Positions 9,305 through 19,800 of a stretch of 64,000 nucleotides of DNA are shown here, piece by piece. Within the stretch, counting starts at the first letter, position 1. Every line of letters starts with the position of its first letter. The stretch covers positions 224,001 to 288,000 of the forward strand of contig CAVXGR010000013.1 of the NCBI GenBank assembly GCA_963761335.1. The letters run 5' to 3'. The stretch comes from an uncultured delta proteobacterium. GTDB taxonomy: Bacteria; Desulfobacterota; Binatia; HRBIN30; BPIQ01. Below the pieces are notes generated by a model. That model searched no databases. It saw only the letters and a program-made list of their open reading frames with translations, and had not been told where the DNA came from. The translations under genes and the position numbers were made by a program.

Positions 9305-10461
9305 CGGGCCGGGGCCGCCGGCGCCTCGGAGACGCCGCGCAGCCCGTGCGGACTGCTCCCGATGTACTTCAGATTGCAGCACCCGTGGCACCCCGGATAG
9401 ATGCGCGCCGCGCTGGTGTCGCGGCGAAAGGCGCGCAGGCGCTCGCCGTTCCACAGCTCGTGGAGACTCTCGCGCCGCATATCGCCGTCGTCGGCATAGA
9501 AGCACATCGGCGAGTAGCGCCCGTCGGCGTTGATCCCGAGACGGCTCCAGGGGCCCTCGCACATGTACTCGCCGGGGTCGAGCGCCCGGTCGTCGCGGTA
9601 GTGGCGCACGAACTCGTCGATGGGCACGTGCGGGGTCAGGCGGATCTGCATCCCCCAGTCGCGCGCCAGCTCGTAGCAGCGGATCAGCTGGCGGCGGAGG
9701 AGATCCGGATCCACGCCTTCGGGCGGCCGCTGGGCGCGGCGCAGGAGCTCGAGCTGACCACCCTCGGCGTTGCGCATCAGCTCGTGCTCGGCGAGGAAAT
9801 TGACCAGGTCGACGCCCAGGCTGCGCGCCAGGTGCATGAAATCCACCATGGCGCCGACCGTCTGCCGGGTGACCACCAGCTTCACGTCGAGCTTGGGGAA
9901 CACCTTCTTGGCCGCGGCGCGCAGGCGCACCATGTGACGGATGCCGTCGATCGAGCGCTGCCAGCTTCCTTTGCGCTGCACGATGCGATCGTGCAGCTCC
10001 TCGTCCCCTTCGAGACTCACCTCGACCAGGACCAGCCCGTTCTGCCAGAGTCGTCGCGGCGCCAGGTCGATGTAGTCGCGGGCCACATCCTCGTCGATCA
10101 GAGAGCCGTTGGTGATGATATGCACGCGGTGACGGCGCGCCGCGTGCGCCAGGATCTCGGGAAAGTCCTTGCGCACCAGGGTCTCGCCGCCGGCGAAGCT
10201 GAGCAGACGACCGCGCGGAAAGTCGTCGATGTAGCGCACGATGTCGGCGAAGCTCAGGTCGCGGGCGGAGGGACCGTGCGGCTTCGCCTTGCCCTCGATG
10301 ATGTCGAGGTAGTGGCAGAAGTTGCAGCGCAGGTTACAGCGATAGGTGACCTCGATCAACATGTGGATCGGCAGGAAGGCGCGCCCGTCCTTCCACAGCA
10401 GGCGGGGTATGGTCCCGTGAAGCTCGAAGGCCTTCTCGAGCACCCAGCTCAGGTTCACCAT
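9301..10461 (-). CDS. Radical SAM protein with SPASM/twitch domain (MVNLSW paralogue A)
   Basis: CNLRCNFC, GGE, and C-terminal CEGPW...PMC...CHGCC. Confidence 0.92.
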   Translation of the reverse strand: MVNLSWVLEKAFELHGTIPRLLWKDGRAFLPIHMLIEVTYRCNLRCNFCHYLDIIEGKAKPHGPSARDLSFADIVRYIDDFPRGRLLSFAGGETLVRKDFPEILAHAARRHRVHIITNGSLIDEDVARDYIDLAPRRLWQNGLVLVEVSLEGDEELHDRIVQRKGSWQRSIDGIRHMVRLRAAAKKVFPKLDVKLVVTRQTVGAMVDFMHLARSLGVDLVNFLAEHELMRNAEGGQLELLRRAQRPPEGVDPDLLRRQLIRCYELARDWGMQIRLTPHVPIDEFVRHYRDDRALDPGEYMCEGPWSRLGINADGRYSPMCFYADDGDMRRESLHELWNGERLRAFRRDTSAARIYPGCHGCCNLKYIGSSPHGLRGVSEAPAAPAR

Positions 10462-11657
10462 GGCGGATCTTCCTGTGGTCGGGCGGCGGGGATGGCGGAA
10501 GGACGTTGCCGCGTTTCCTCGGCCCTCACCCCGCGGAGCCCGAACTCGAGGCTGCCGACGTACTTCAGGTTGCAGCAGCCGTGGCACCCCGGATAGATCG
10601 CCGCGTCGCGCACCTGACTGCGAAAGCGGCGCAGGGGCACTCCGTTCCAGGCCTCGCGCATGGATACCTCGCGCATGTCACCGGTGGCGAAGTAGGGGCA
10701 CACGGTTCCGGTGCGCCCGTCGGCGGCGACTCCGACGCGGCTCCACACGCCCTCGCAGGCGTACTCCGAAGAGTCGAGGGCCCGGTCCTCCTGATAATGG
10801 CGGACGAACTCGTCGATGGGCAGGCGCGGCGTCAGGCGGATCTGCAGCCCCAGCTGGCGCTCGAGCTCGTAGCAGCGAATGAGCTGTCGGCGCAGGAACG
10901 CCGGATCGACGCCCTGCGGCGGTCGCTGCGGCCGCCAGAGATGCTTCTGCTGCTCGCCGTCGGCGTTTCCCTTCAGGTCGTGCTCGGCGAGGAAGTTCAC
11001 CAGATCGACCCCGAGCTCCTTCGCCAGATGCATGAAATCGACCATGCCGCCGACGGTATCACGGGTGACCACCAGCTTGAGATCCAGCTTGGGGAAGGGC
11101 TTTCTCGACTCCCCCCGCAGGCGCGCCAGGTGTCGCACTCCGTCGACCGCGCGCCGCCAGCTTCCGGGTCGCCCGCTCACCCGGTCGTGGGTCCGCTCGT
11201 CGCCCTGGAGGCTGACCTCCAACAGGACCAGGCCGCTCTGCCAGATGCGGCGCGGCGCCAGGTCGATGTAGGCCCGCGCCACCCCCTCATCGATCAGCAC
11301 GCCGTTGGTGATGATGTGCACCCGATGGCCGCGAGCCGCGTACGCGAGGATCTCGGGGAAATCCTTGCGCACCGTCGTCTCTCCGCCAACGAAGCTGATC
11401 AGCCGGCCGCGCGGAAACTCGTCGATCCAGCGGCGCAGGTGCCCGATCTCCACGTCCCCGCGCGACGGCCCCACCGGCTTCCGCCGGCCTTCGATGATGT
11501 CCAGGTATTGGCAGAAGTTGCAGCGCAGGTTGCAGCGATAGGTGACCTCCATGAGCATGTGGAGTGGCGAGAAGGCGCGCCCGTCTCTCCACAGCAGCCG
11601 CGGAATCGTGCCGTGAATCTCGAACAGCCGCTCGAGTACCCAGCTGAGGTTCACCAT
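10455..11657 (-). CDS. Radical SAM protein with SPASM/twitch domain (MVNLSW paralogue B)
   Basis: CNLRCNFC, GGE, CEGVW...VCPY...CHGCC. Collinear with paralogue A. Confidence 0.92.
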   Translation of the reverse strand: MVNLSWVLERLFEIHGTIPRLLWRDGRAFSPLHMLMEVTYRCNLRCNFCQYLDIIEGRRKPVGPSRGDVEIGHLRRWIDEFPRGRLISFVGGETTVRKDFPEILAYAARGHRVHIITNGVLIDEGVARAYIDLAPRRIWQSGLVLLEVSLQGDERTHDRVSGRPGSWRRAVDGVRHLARLRGESRKPFPKLDLKLVVTRDTVGGMVDFMHLAKELGVDLVNFLAEHDLKGNADGEQQKHLWRPQRPPQGVDPAFLRRQLIRCYELERQLGLQIRLTPRLPIDEFVRHYQEDRALDSSEYACEGVWSRVGVAADGRTGTVCPYFATGDMREVSMREAWNGVPLRRFRSQVRDAAIYPGCHGCCNLKYVGSLEFGLRGVRAEETRQRPSAIPAARPQEDPPW

Positions 11658-11861
11658 CAATTTGCGGATCCGAACCTCAGAGATATTCCGCCCGAAGCGC
11701 CGAAGTCAATTGTTTCCTCGGTTTCCGTGGGAGCGCCGCCAGCTTGGCCGCCTCTGCTCTTTAACAGCCGCTTGCGGTCGGGACGGCCGCGCTCTCACGC
11801 TAAAGTCCATGATTCCTCTCGATTGCCAACTCCGAAGCCGGCGCGTTATACCCGGCCTTTC

Positions 11862-14048
11862 ATGCCCGCAACCGCAGACCGCAAGACTGGAGATGGCGTC
11901 ATTCTCGCCATCGCCCTCGCCCTTCTCCTGGTCTACGCGCTGCCGGTGTTCTTCCCGCCGCCTCCGCTCTCGAGCGCTCCGGCGACGGCGGCAACCCCCC
12001 TGCTGACGCGCGTCTTCCCACAGGTGCCGGGCTGGTGGGTCGCCGGGCGCCTGCTGGCGCTGCTGCTGGGGGCCGTCCTCATCGGCAGCCGCGGCGGAGG
12101 GGTGCGGATCCGCTTTCCGGCCCCGGGGGAAACCGCGGCCGGTGCCGACGGCCCTTGGGCGCTGCGCCTGGCGCTGCTTGCCGCCGTGGTGCAGTTCGCC
12201 TGCCTGCCCTTCGTCCACCACCTCCCGGACCTCGCCAAGACCATTTACCTACTCTGGCTCGTGGTTCCAGCGGTGATCCTCCTGCTGGCCCGTGTCGGGC
12301 GCGTCATCCGTCAGGGTAGAAGCGGCGTCTCGCCGCTTTCGGAATCGCCGGAACGCCACTTCTTCTCCGTGCCGGGCTGGGCCTGGGGCACGGCGGCGAT
12401 CGTCCTCGTGTGGGCAGCGGTGCGTCTGGCGGCGTCATGGCACTCGGCGATCGTCGCCGACTGCGTCGACATGTTCCGCACCCTCGGCGGCCTCGTGCGC
12501 CTGGCGACCACCAACGCCGACGTGATGACCGCATCGATGGGCATCAAGGAGGGGGTGGGCGACATCGAGGTGGTCGGCGTCAATGCCGTGCAGCTCTTCT
12601 ACGAGGGGCTGCCGTTTCTGCGGCTCTTCTCTCACACGCCCTGCATGTGGTGGATGCAGGTTTTCAACGCCATCTGGATCGGCCTCGCGGGAGGGCTGGT
12701 GGCGGTGCTGTGTCGAACCCTGATCGGCGGCCGCGCGGCCCCGGTGGCGACCGCCGCCTTCCTCTTCTCGCCGTACATGTTGACGGTGCAGATCCTGCCG
12801 GTGCCAACGGTCTGCATCCCGCTCGTGGTTCTGCTCGTGCTGTTGCCGCTGCGATTCTACCGCTCCGGATCGGCTCTGGCGCTGGTCTTTCTCGGCGGGC
12901 TCACCGGTTTCACGGCGACACTGCCGTCGATTACCCTGATGACCGGGCTGGCGATCCTCGTCGTCGCCTGGAGGATCTGGAGCGGGCCGCGTGTGTCACG
13001 CCTCGCCCTCGTCACGGCGATCATGCTGTTCGTCTCCTTCAGCACGCCGAACATCCCGACCTGGACCGCCCTCCGCGAGGCCTACAACTGGTACGTGCTG
13101 AAGAGCTGGCCCATGTCCGTGGGGGTGGAGACGCTCCAGGGTCAGATCTCACCGAGCGCGACGACCTGGACCAAGGTGGATCCGCCGGGGACGCCGCTGC
13201 TGATGGCGGCAACCCTGGTGTCGCCTTTCGCCACGCCGCGGAACTCGCTGCGCAACTGGGGCGACGTCGTCTTCGAGCCGCTGAGCGCCGCTCTCTGCGC
13301 CATCGGCCTCGTCCTCTGCCTCCGCCAGCTCTTCCGCAGTCAAGGATCGCTCTACCTGATGGCTTTTCTCGCCGCCGGCTTCATCCCCGGCTTCGTCTCC
13401 AGCTACGACCGGCCGTCGCTGACGCGCATCTACGGGGTCACCGTGCCGCTCGCCGTCCTCGCGGCGATCGGCTTGCTCGGCGTGCTGGCGGCGGCGCGCC
13501 GGCTGCGCTGGCGGGTGAGCATGGCCACCGCCGTCGCCATCGGCGCCAGCGGCCTGCTGATCTTCGACGTGGTGAACCCGCGCATCCTCTCGCAATCGAC
13601 GTGGGGGCTGCTCATGCGCTCGGTGGACGTCGCCTGGCTGGATCGCGTCGCCATGCTCACCGCGGAGGGGCGGGCGCTCAACCAGAACAAGGTCGCCGAC
13701 AACGCGCAGCTCTGGGAGGCCGACTGGCTGCGGCACTACCATCCGTATATTTCCGAGCTGGCACGCTGTGCGCCGCGGCACTCGGTGCCGATCATCGCCA
13801 TCCAGAAGCCCGAGGAGCTGCAGGCCTACGACCTGCTCTTCTGGAACCCCGCCCTCGACCAGACGATCCAGATCACCCGCCGCGACATCTGCCGCTTGTG
13901 GCCCGACGCCACCCTCTACACCATTTTCGATCGGGCGGGACTGTCGCGCGTCTACGCCGCCCAGATCCACGGCTCCGACTGGCGCCCGTCGCTGCCGCAG
14001 AAGCAGTGGAGCACGAGGAGCTGCGGGGAGGCGGATGTTGGGGGTTGA
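11862..14048 (+). CDS. GT-C/ArnT-like membrane glycosyltransferase (paralogue 3)
   Basis: RVFPQVPGWWVAGRL, ADCVDMF, PFATPRNSLRNWGDVVFEPL, YDRPSLTR, FWNP, CRLWP. The ORF-track extension to 10506 is antisense overlap. Confidence 0.7.
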   Translation: MPATADRKTGDGVILAIALALLLVYALPVFFPPPPLSSAPATAATPLLTRVFPQVPGWWVAGRLLALLLGAVLIGSRGGGVRIRFPAPGETAAGADGPWALRLALLAAVVQFACLPFVHHLPDLAKTIYLLWLVVPAVILLLARVGRVIRQGRSGVSPLSESPERHFFSVPGWAWGTAAIVLVWAAVRLAASWHSAIVADCVDMFRTLGGLVRLATTNADVMTASMGIKEGVGDIEVVGVNAVQLFYEGLPFLRLFSHTPCMWWMQVFNAIWIGLAGGLVAVLCRTLIGGRAAPVATAAFLFSPYMLTVQILPVPTVCIPLVVLLVLLPLRFYRSGSALALVFLGGLTGFTATLPSITLMTGLAILVVAWRIWSGPRVSRLALVTAIMLFVSFSTPNIPTWTALREAYNWYVLKSWPMSVGVETLQGQISPSATTWTKVDPPGTPLLMAATLVSPFATPRNSLRNWGDVVFEPLSAALCAIGLVLCLRQLFRSQGSLYLMAFLAAGFIPGFVSSYDRPSLTRIYGVTVPLAVLAAIGLLGVLAAARRLRWRVSMATAVAIGASGLLIFDVVNPRILSQSTWGLLMRSVDVAWLDRVAMLTAEGRALNQNKVADNAQLWEADWLRHYHPYISELARCAPRHSVPIIAIQKPEELQAYDLLFWNPALDQTIQITRRDICRLWPDATLYTIFDRAGLSRVYAAQIHGSDWRPSLPQKQWSTRSCGEADVGG

Positions 14049-14094
14049 GGTGTGCGGCCTTGAGGAGATCTGGGCTCTGTGAGATCTTTCCCGC

Positions 14095-14322
14095 ATGGGT
14101 GTCACGGGCCGCAGAACCCTCGCCGACGAAGTGGCGAAGCACTTCCATGGCACGCCTGCGTCGCGGCTGCGCACCGCCCGCCGACTCGGGCGGCGCGCTC
14201 TCGAGCTGTTTCGCGCCACGCTGCCCGAAGCGACGTCACTGAACGAAGCGCGGCGGCAGCTCGAGATTCGGAAACACCACGGACGGCGACGGAGCGGGGC
14301 AGTCGAGGCGCTGCGGGGATGA
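14095..14322 (+). CDS. Small basic protein, putative antitoxin/partner of the downstream nucleotidyltransferase
   Basis: 75 aa, ATGA-coupled to the nucleotidyltransferase. Confidence 0.5.
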   Translation: MGVTGRRTLADEVAKHFHGTPASRLRTARRLGRRALELFRATLPEATSLNEARRQLEIRKHHGRRRSGAVEALRG

Positions 14323-14849
14323 GCCTGGTGGGCGATGTGATCGCCTACCTTGGAAAGCGCCGGGTGAAATGTGCGCTGATCGGGGGAGAGGCGCTGGCTG
14401 TTCACGGGGTCGCCCGGGCCACTGTCGACTCCGATGTCATGGTCGCCAGTCCCGAGGCGTTGCAGGATGAGTTCTGGTCGAGGCTCGTTCCGCATGCGGT
14501 AGTGGAAAGCCGTCGCGGCGACACCGATGATCCGCTCGTTGGGTTGGTGCGCATCCGCCGGCGCCGCGAGCAGACCGACGTCATCGTCGGGCGTCCATGG
14601 GTGCGCCGCATGCTCGAGCGGACCATTGATATCCGCGTCGGGACGGAGAACCTCCCCGTCGTCGATCGAGTCGACCTGATTCTTCTCAAGCTGTTTGCCG
14701 CCGGGCCACAAGATCTCCTCGATATCCGCCTCTTGCTCGCCTCCGCAGGCGAGGAGCTTCCCGAGCAGATCGAACAGCGCCTGGCCGGCATGCCTGCCGA
14801 GATCGCTCGCGCCTGGCGCCGCCTGCATCGGGCCCCACCGGGACGTTGA
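14319..14849 (+). CDS. Nucleotidyltransferase (AbiEii/DUF1814/DUF6036-like), putative toxin
   Basis: ALIGGEALAVHGVARATVDSDV (GG..R.T.DxD) and LILLKL..G.PQDLLDI. Confidence 0.75.
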   Translation: MSLVGDVIAYLGKRRVKCALIGGEALAVHGVARATVDSDVMVASPEALQDEFWSRLVPHAVVESRRGDTDDPLVGLVRIRRRREQTDVIVGRPWVRRMLERTIDIRVGTENLPVVDRVDLILLKLFAAGPQDLLDIRLLLASAGEELPEQIEQRLAGMPAEIARAWRRLHRAPPGR

Positions 14850-14897
14850 TTGACGGCGGTTCCGACGCAACATATCCCGTCCTCACGGAGACGCCGC

Positions 14898-15710
14898 ATG
14901 ACCGACTTCGACACAGACGCCTATCTGGAACGCCTGGGGATGTCCGCGGCACCCGAGCCGACTGTTGAGGGGCTCGCGGCGTTGCACCGGGCGCAGGCGT
15001 TCACCATTCCGTTCGAGAACTTCGACATCCTCCTGGAGCGGGGCATCTCGCTGGATCCGGCGGCCGTTTTCGACAAGCTGGTCCGGCGGCAGCGCGGCGG
15101 CTACTGCTTCGAGCTCAATGGCCTGTTCCTGGAGGCGCTGCGCGCCTTCGGATTCGAGGTGCGCCCGCTGCTAGGGCGCGTCCACATCATGGGCGCGCCG
15201 ACCGGACGCTCCCATCAGGTCAGCCTGGTGCGAATCGGCGGCGAGGACTGGATTGCCGACGTCGGATTCGGCGCCGCCACCGCGCCCGTGCCGATGCGCC
15301 TGGTGATGGAGCAGCCGGCTGCCGTCCACGATTCGACTCGCCGCTACGTGGAGAACCCCCTGTTCGGGGTCATGCTGCAGATGCAGACACCGGATGGATG
15401 GGCGAACCTCTACAGCTTCGACCTGGGTCATGTCTGCGACGCCGACCGGGAGATGGGCAACCACTTCACCTCGAGCCATCCGCTGTCGTTCTTCACCTGG
15501 ACGCGGGTCGCCTCGCGGCCGACGCCGAGGGGGCGGGTCTCCCTGATGGACTTCAGGCTGCGAACCGTGACCGACGGCGAGGAGGGCACCGCCACGCTCG
15601 AGCCGGGGGCCGCCTACCTCGCCGGCCTCCGGGAACATTTCGGCATCGCGCTGGACGCACCCTACGAAGCCTTACGGCCGGTGCGCGCCGACAACCAGAT
15701 CGGCATCTGA
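14898..15710 (+). CDS. nat: Arylamine N-acetyltransferase
   Basis: IPFENFDI, RGGYCFELN (catalytic Cys), SHQV (His) and ADVGFG (Asp). Confidence 0.93.
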   Translation: MTDFDTDAYLERLGMSAAPEPTVEGLAALHRAQAFTIPFENFDILLERGISLDPAAVFDKLVRRQRGGYCFELNGLFLEALRAFGFEVRPLLGRVHIMGAPTGRSHQVSLVRIGGEDWIADVGFGAATAPVPMRLVMEQPAAVHDSTRRYVENPLFGVMLQMQTPDGWANLYSFDLGHVCDADREMGNHFTSSHPLSFFTWTRVASRPTPRGRVSLMDFRLRTVTDGEEGTATLEPGAAYLAGLREHFGIALDAPYEALRPVRADNQIGI

Positions 15711-15716
15711 ACGCAG

Positions 15717-15744
15717 CGCGGGGCACGATGCCTCGTGCCCCGCG
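15717..15744. terminator. Perfect 12-bp hairpin between convergent genes (terminator or REP-like)
   Basis: CGCGGGGCACGA-TGCC-TCGTGCCCCGCG. Confidence 0.6.
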
Positions 15745-15769
15745 TTCGACTCCTGACCCGGCGTCTGGT

Positions 15770-16753
15770 TCAGGACTCCTTGTGAAGATCGACCAGGGCG
15801 TAGCCGTTCGACATCGGCGGAAACGACGTCGTGGTCACCGTGTACAGGCCCTCGATGGTGTCGCCGCCGACCAGCGACAGGGTGAAGACGATCACGTTGG
15901 GGTTTGGCGGCCCGATGTTGTAGCTGAGATTCTCGGCGGTCCGCACGACCATCGTGACCTGACTGCCGCCGACGAAGATGTTGCCGCCGAGGTCGGTGAC
16001 CTGCACTTGGCCACCGGCAACCTCGATCTTGATGCGGGCCGAGTCGTGCACCCCGGTCGTCTGGTTCACCTTACTGCCGCTCCACGTCCCCAACATCGCC
16101 GAGGAGATTCCGGGAGGCACGACGCCCGTCGTCGGCGTGGGATTGCCTCCGCCACCCGGCGTCTCCGTGGAAGTGGGCGTGGGTGTCGGCGGGTTGGGGT
16201 TGCTGCTCGTGGGCGTCACCGTGGGGGCGACGCCGCTGATCGTGCCCGAGTACTGGGCCGAGTTGAGCGCCAGCGTCATGCTCCCGCCGCCGGGGAACAA
16301 CGGCAGGATGCCGCTGAGGTCGACTTGCACCGGCTGCCCCTGGTCGTCGGTGAAGTTGCCGTGGACCGAGAACTCGCCGGTCTCTGGATCCACGGTGCCG
16401 GTGAGATTGGCCGTCGCAATGACGGCAGCCGCACGGCCGACGCCGGTGGAACCTGCCGTGGTGAAGAAGCTCACAGTGTTGCCGTCCGAAATGGTGAGCG
16501 TGCCGGTCGCGTCCCCATTGGCCTGCACGCTCAGCTCGACCCGCGCACTCTGGGCGTTCGCCAGGGCCACAGTGCCGGTGTAGTCGCCGGCGATCGCCGG
16601 CGGTGCCGGCGTATTCGTCGCCGCCGGGGGTACGGTTGCAGTCGGCGAGCCTGCCGGGCTGCTGTCGTTTCCGTCGCAGCCCGAGATCACCAACAGGGTC
16701 ATGAGAGCGCATGGCATCAGCCAGGCCCCCAGATTTCGATTCATACGGGTCAT
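15770..16753 (-). CDS. Lipoprotein with Pro/Thr-rich linkers and two beta-rich domains
   Basis: Signal peptide with lipobox VISG-C. PT-rich stretches. AGDYTGT and LGTWSGS domain starts. Start may instead be 16744. Confidence 0.75.
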   Translation of the reverse strand: MTRMNRNLGAWLMPCALMTLLVISGCDGNDSSPAGSPTATVPPAATNTPAPPAIAGDYTGTVALANAQSARVELSVQANGDATGTLTISDGNTVSFFTTAGSTGVGRAAAVIATANLTGTVDPETGEFSVHGNFTDDQGQPVQVDLSGILPLFPGGGSMTLALNSAQYSGTISGVAPTVTPTSSNPNPPTPTPTSTETPGGGGNPTPTTGVVPPGISSAMLGTWSGSKVNQTTGVHDSARIKIEVAGGQVQVTDLGGNIFVGGSQVTMVVRTAENLSYNIGPPNPNVIVFTLSLVGGDTIEGLYTVTTTSFPPMSNGYALVDLHKES

Positions 16754-16884
16754 CCCCTCCACCTCCAGGGTAGAATTTTTCACTTTAAGGGCGTTCGAAG
16801 GCGATGAACAATGTTCAACGTCTGGCAACGGGAGGCTGAACGGACGCGAAAAAATGGATGGGCGGATGCGGCGGCCGGGCTGAA

Positions 16885-19800
16885 TCAGAGAGCCCAGTGG
16901 ATCGGTGCGCGGACGTCCGGAACGTAGACGCAGAAGGCGCCGGTCTTGATGGTGGACTCGAGGTAGTGCCCGAGGATGGGGTTGCGGGCGGCGATCCGCT
17001 TGATCACCGACCGGATCGCGCGGGTGACGTTGAGTCGGGCGCGTTCGCCCGCGCTCGACGCCGTACGATCCCGGCCTTGCAGGCCCAGGGCGCGCGCCAG
17101 CTCGCGGGAGAGGAACTCGATCTCGCGCCGCAACGCCGCGGCGCGCTCGATATCGTTGAAGCTGCTCGCCTCGTCGAGCTGCTCGCGCAGGTGGACGAGC
17201 CTCTGCTTGTAAGCTGCCCGGGCCTGCACATCGAGCAACGGCTCGCCTCGCTCGGGATCGGTACTCACGCGCAGGCCGAGCTGCTCGATGTCGTTGGCGC
17301 TCATACCGCCGCCGGCGACTCCGCCCGCGGTCCCCGGATAGGCGTCGGCGGCGAGATCGAGAGCGTGGAACTCTCGCCCCGGCTGCCGCAACAGACAGGC
17401 GATGTAGCGCAAACCCTTGGTGTCCTTGAGGCGGAGGAGAGAGCCGCCGTAGCCGACGGCCCAGTACTCGCCCTCGAGACGGAAGACGCCGGCATGAGAG
17501 TCGCTCTCCACCGCGGGCTCGGAGTCCATGGCCGCGCCGATTCCCGCCGGAGTCACTTTCTGCGGCGCCACTGCCAGCCCGCGCTTGGCGGGAAAGCTCA
17601 AGACTCTTCCTCTTCGGCCGCGTTTCCCCGGCGATGCCTGCTCTTTTTCGCTGTCGGCGCCGGTGATCACGCGGGCCTGCGCGCCACCGCCGTAGGCCCG
17701 CGCCCGCCGGCTTTCGGGATCGGAGGGCGCCGGCGTGGCGGCGGCTTGCGAGATCAAGGCGCGCGCCCGGGTCGCGGTCGGCGGCATGCCCAGCGATTCG
17801 GCTACCGCCAGCGCCTGGGAGGCGAGATCGCGCCCGCGCCGGCCATCGCCGGGGGCATTGCGGCAGAGCAGCATGCGGGCAAAGTCGCACCGCGCCAGGG
17901 CCAGGGCGGGCCCGCCCTCCATCGCCTCGATTCTCTCGAGCGCCGCCTCGAAGCACCGTTCGGCTTCGGCGAAGTCTTTCAGCACCGTGGCCAGAACGGC
18001 GAGGGCGTGCGAGGCGGGTCCGAAGCAGACGCGCATGCCGAAGGAGACGTTGCGATGCTCGCCGTAGCGGAGCAGCTGCTCGCGCAAGAGGGCGGCGCGA
18101 CGAGCGTCGTCGAGATAGGCGCAGACCTGGCTCAGCCAGGGGATCAGGGCCTCGAGGGAATTGACGCGCGCCAGCTGCGCAAAATCGTTGGCGGCCAGCA
18201 GCTCGAGCTCTGCCCGGGCTTGCTCGCGCCGATCCAGATCCATGCACACGAGCGCCCGCATGCAGCGCACCGCCGGCAGGTGCGGCAGCTGGGCAACGGC
18301 GGCTTCAACGAAGGGCTCGAGGACGTCGTAGCGTCCTTGCAGGCGGTGGAGGACGAAGAGCTGCGCCCGGACGTTGCCGGCGGCATTGGCGTCCTGGACG
18401 CGTTCGGCAATTCGCAGGGCCTGCTCGGCAACTGCTTCGACCTCGGCGAAGCGTCCCCGCCACAGCGCGTGCATGGCGCGGAGGTTGGCGGCCCCGCAGA
18501 GATAACGCGGCTGCCGCAGCTCCTCGGCGAGCCGCGTGCATTTGGCCACCTCTTGCTCCCAGCTCCCGGTGGCCCCCATCTCGACCAGATCGAGCAGGCG
18601 CCAGGTCTGAGATTGAATGGCCATGTCGCCGTCGCCCGCCTGCTCGGCCAGGCGCAGCGCCTCGTCGGCCACCGCCATTCTCTCGGCGACATCGGGAGAG
18701 CTCCATAGGGCGAAGTGACGCGCGTTGACGGCGTAGGCGAGGGTGGCCGGGTCACCGAGCCGGTGGGCGATGTCGACGGCCTCCTTGCTCAGCTCGGCGC
18801 GTCGTTGGGCGGCATCGGAGAAGTAGAGCTCGACCGCGAGCCGGGCGAGCACCAGGGCGCGCAAGCGGCTGTCCCGCCGTTCGAGCTGGCGCAGGGCTTC
18901 CTCGAGCAGCTTCACCAGCGCGTGATCGACCACGCCGCCCACCGGCAAGCCGAGCCCGGCGCCGCCGAAGCCGAGCGCGGCGCGCGCGAAGGCCTCGCGG
19001 GCATCCAGCCTTCTGGCGATCTCGGCGGCGGCGGAAAGGGTGGCGCGGGAGTCGGCGGTGTGCCAGGCGCGCGCCTGTGCTTCGCCGAGGGCCAGCAGCA
19101 GGTCGAGGCGCTCGGATTCCCGCGGCGACTCCCGCAGCGCCAGCACCTGGAGCGCCTGCTCGTACCAGTGGGCAGCCTCCTCGTGGGCCAACAGCGTCGC
19201 GGCCTGGCGGCCGGCGCGCACGGCATAGGTAATGGCCCGCTCGACTCCACCGCCCGCCGCGGCCTGCAGGAGGTGATGGGCAACCTCGGTCAGGACCGAT
19301 TCCGGATGATCGCCGTGGACAACCTCGAGGGCTTCGGCCACCCGCGCGTGCAGCTCGACCCGCTGGGACAGGGGCAAATCCTCGTACAGGGTCTCGCGAA
19401 TCAACGCGTGGGTGAAGCTGTAACGCCCGAGCTCGCTCGGCAGCCTGGTGACGATGCCCGCTGCGGCGGCCTCGGTGACGGCATCGAGCAAATCCGCGGG
19501 CGCCAGCGAGCTCGTTCTCTGCAGGCAGGCGAGCTCGAAGTCGCGGCCGACGACGGCGGCAATCTCGAGCGCCCGGTGACAGCGCGCCGAGAGCGGGCGC
19601 AGGCGCTCCCGGGTAGCCTCGCGAACTCCGTGCGGTATGCGCAGCCCCGAGAGCTCGGTGCGCCCCTCGGAGACCAAGAGCCGCACGATCTCGTCGACAA
19701 AGAAGGGGTTGCCGTCGGTGGCGCGATACACGGTGGCCACCAGGCCCGGCGACGGCTTCAGCCCGAAGACGCGCTCCATGAAGTGGCGCACGTCCTCCTC

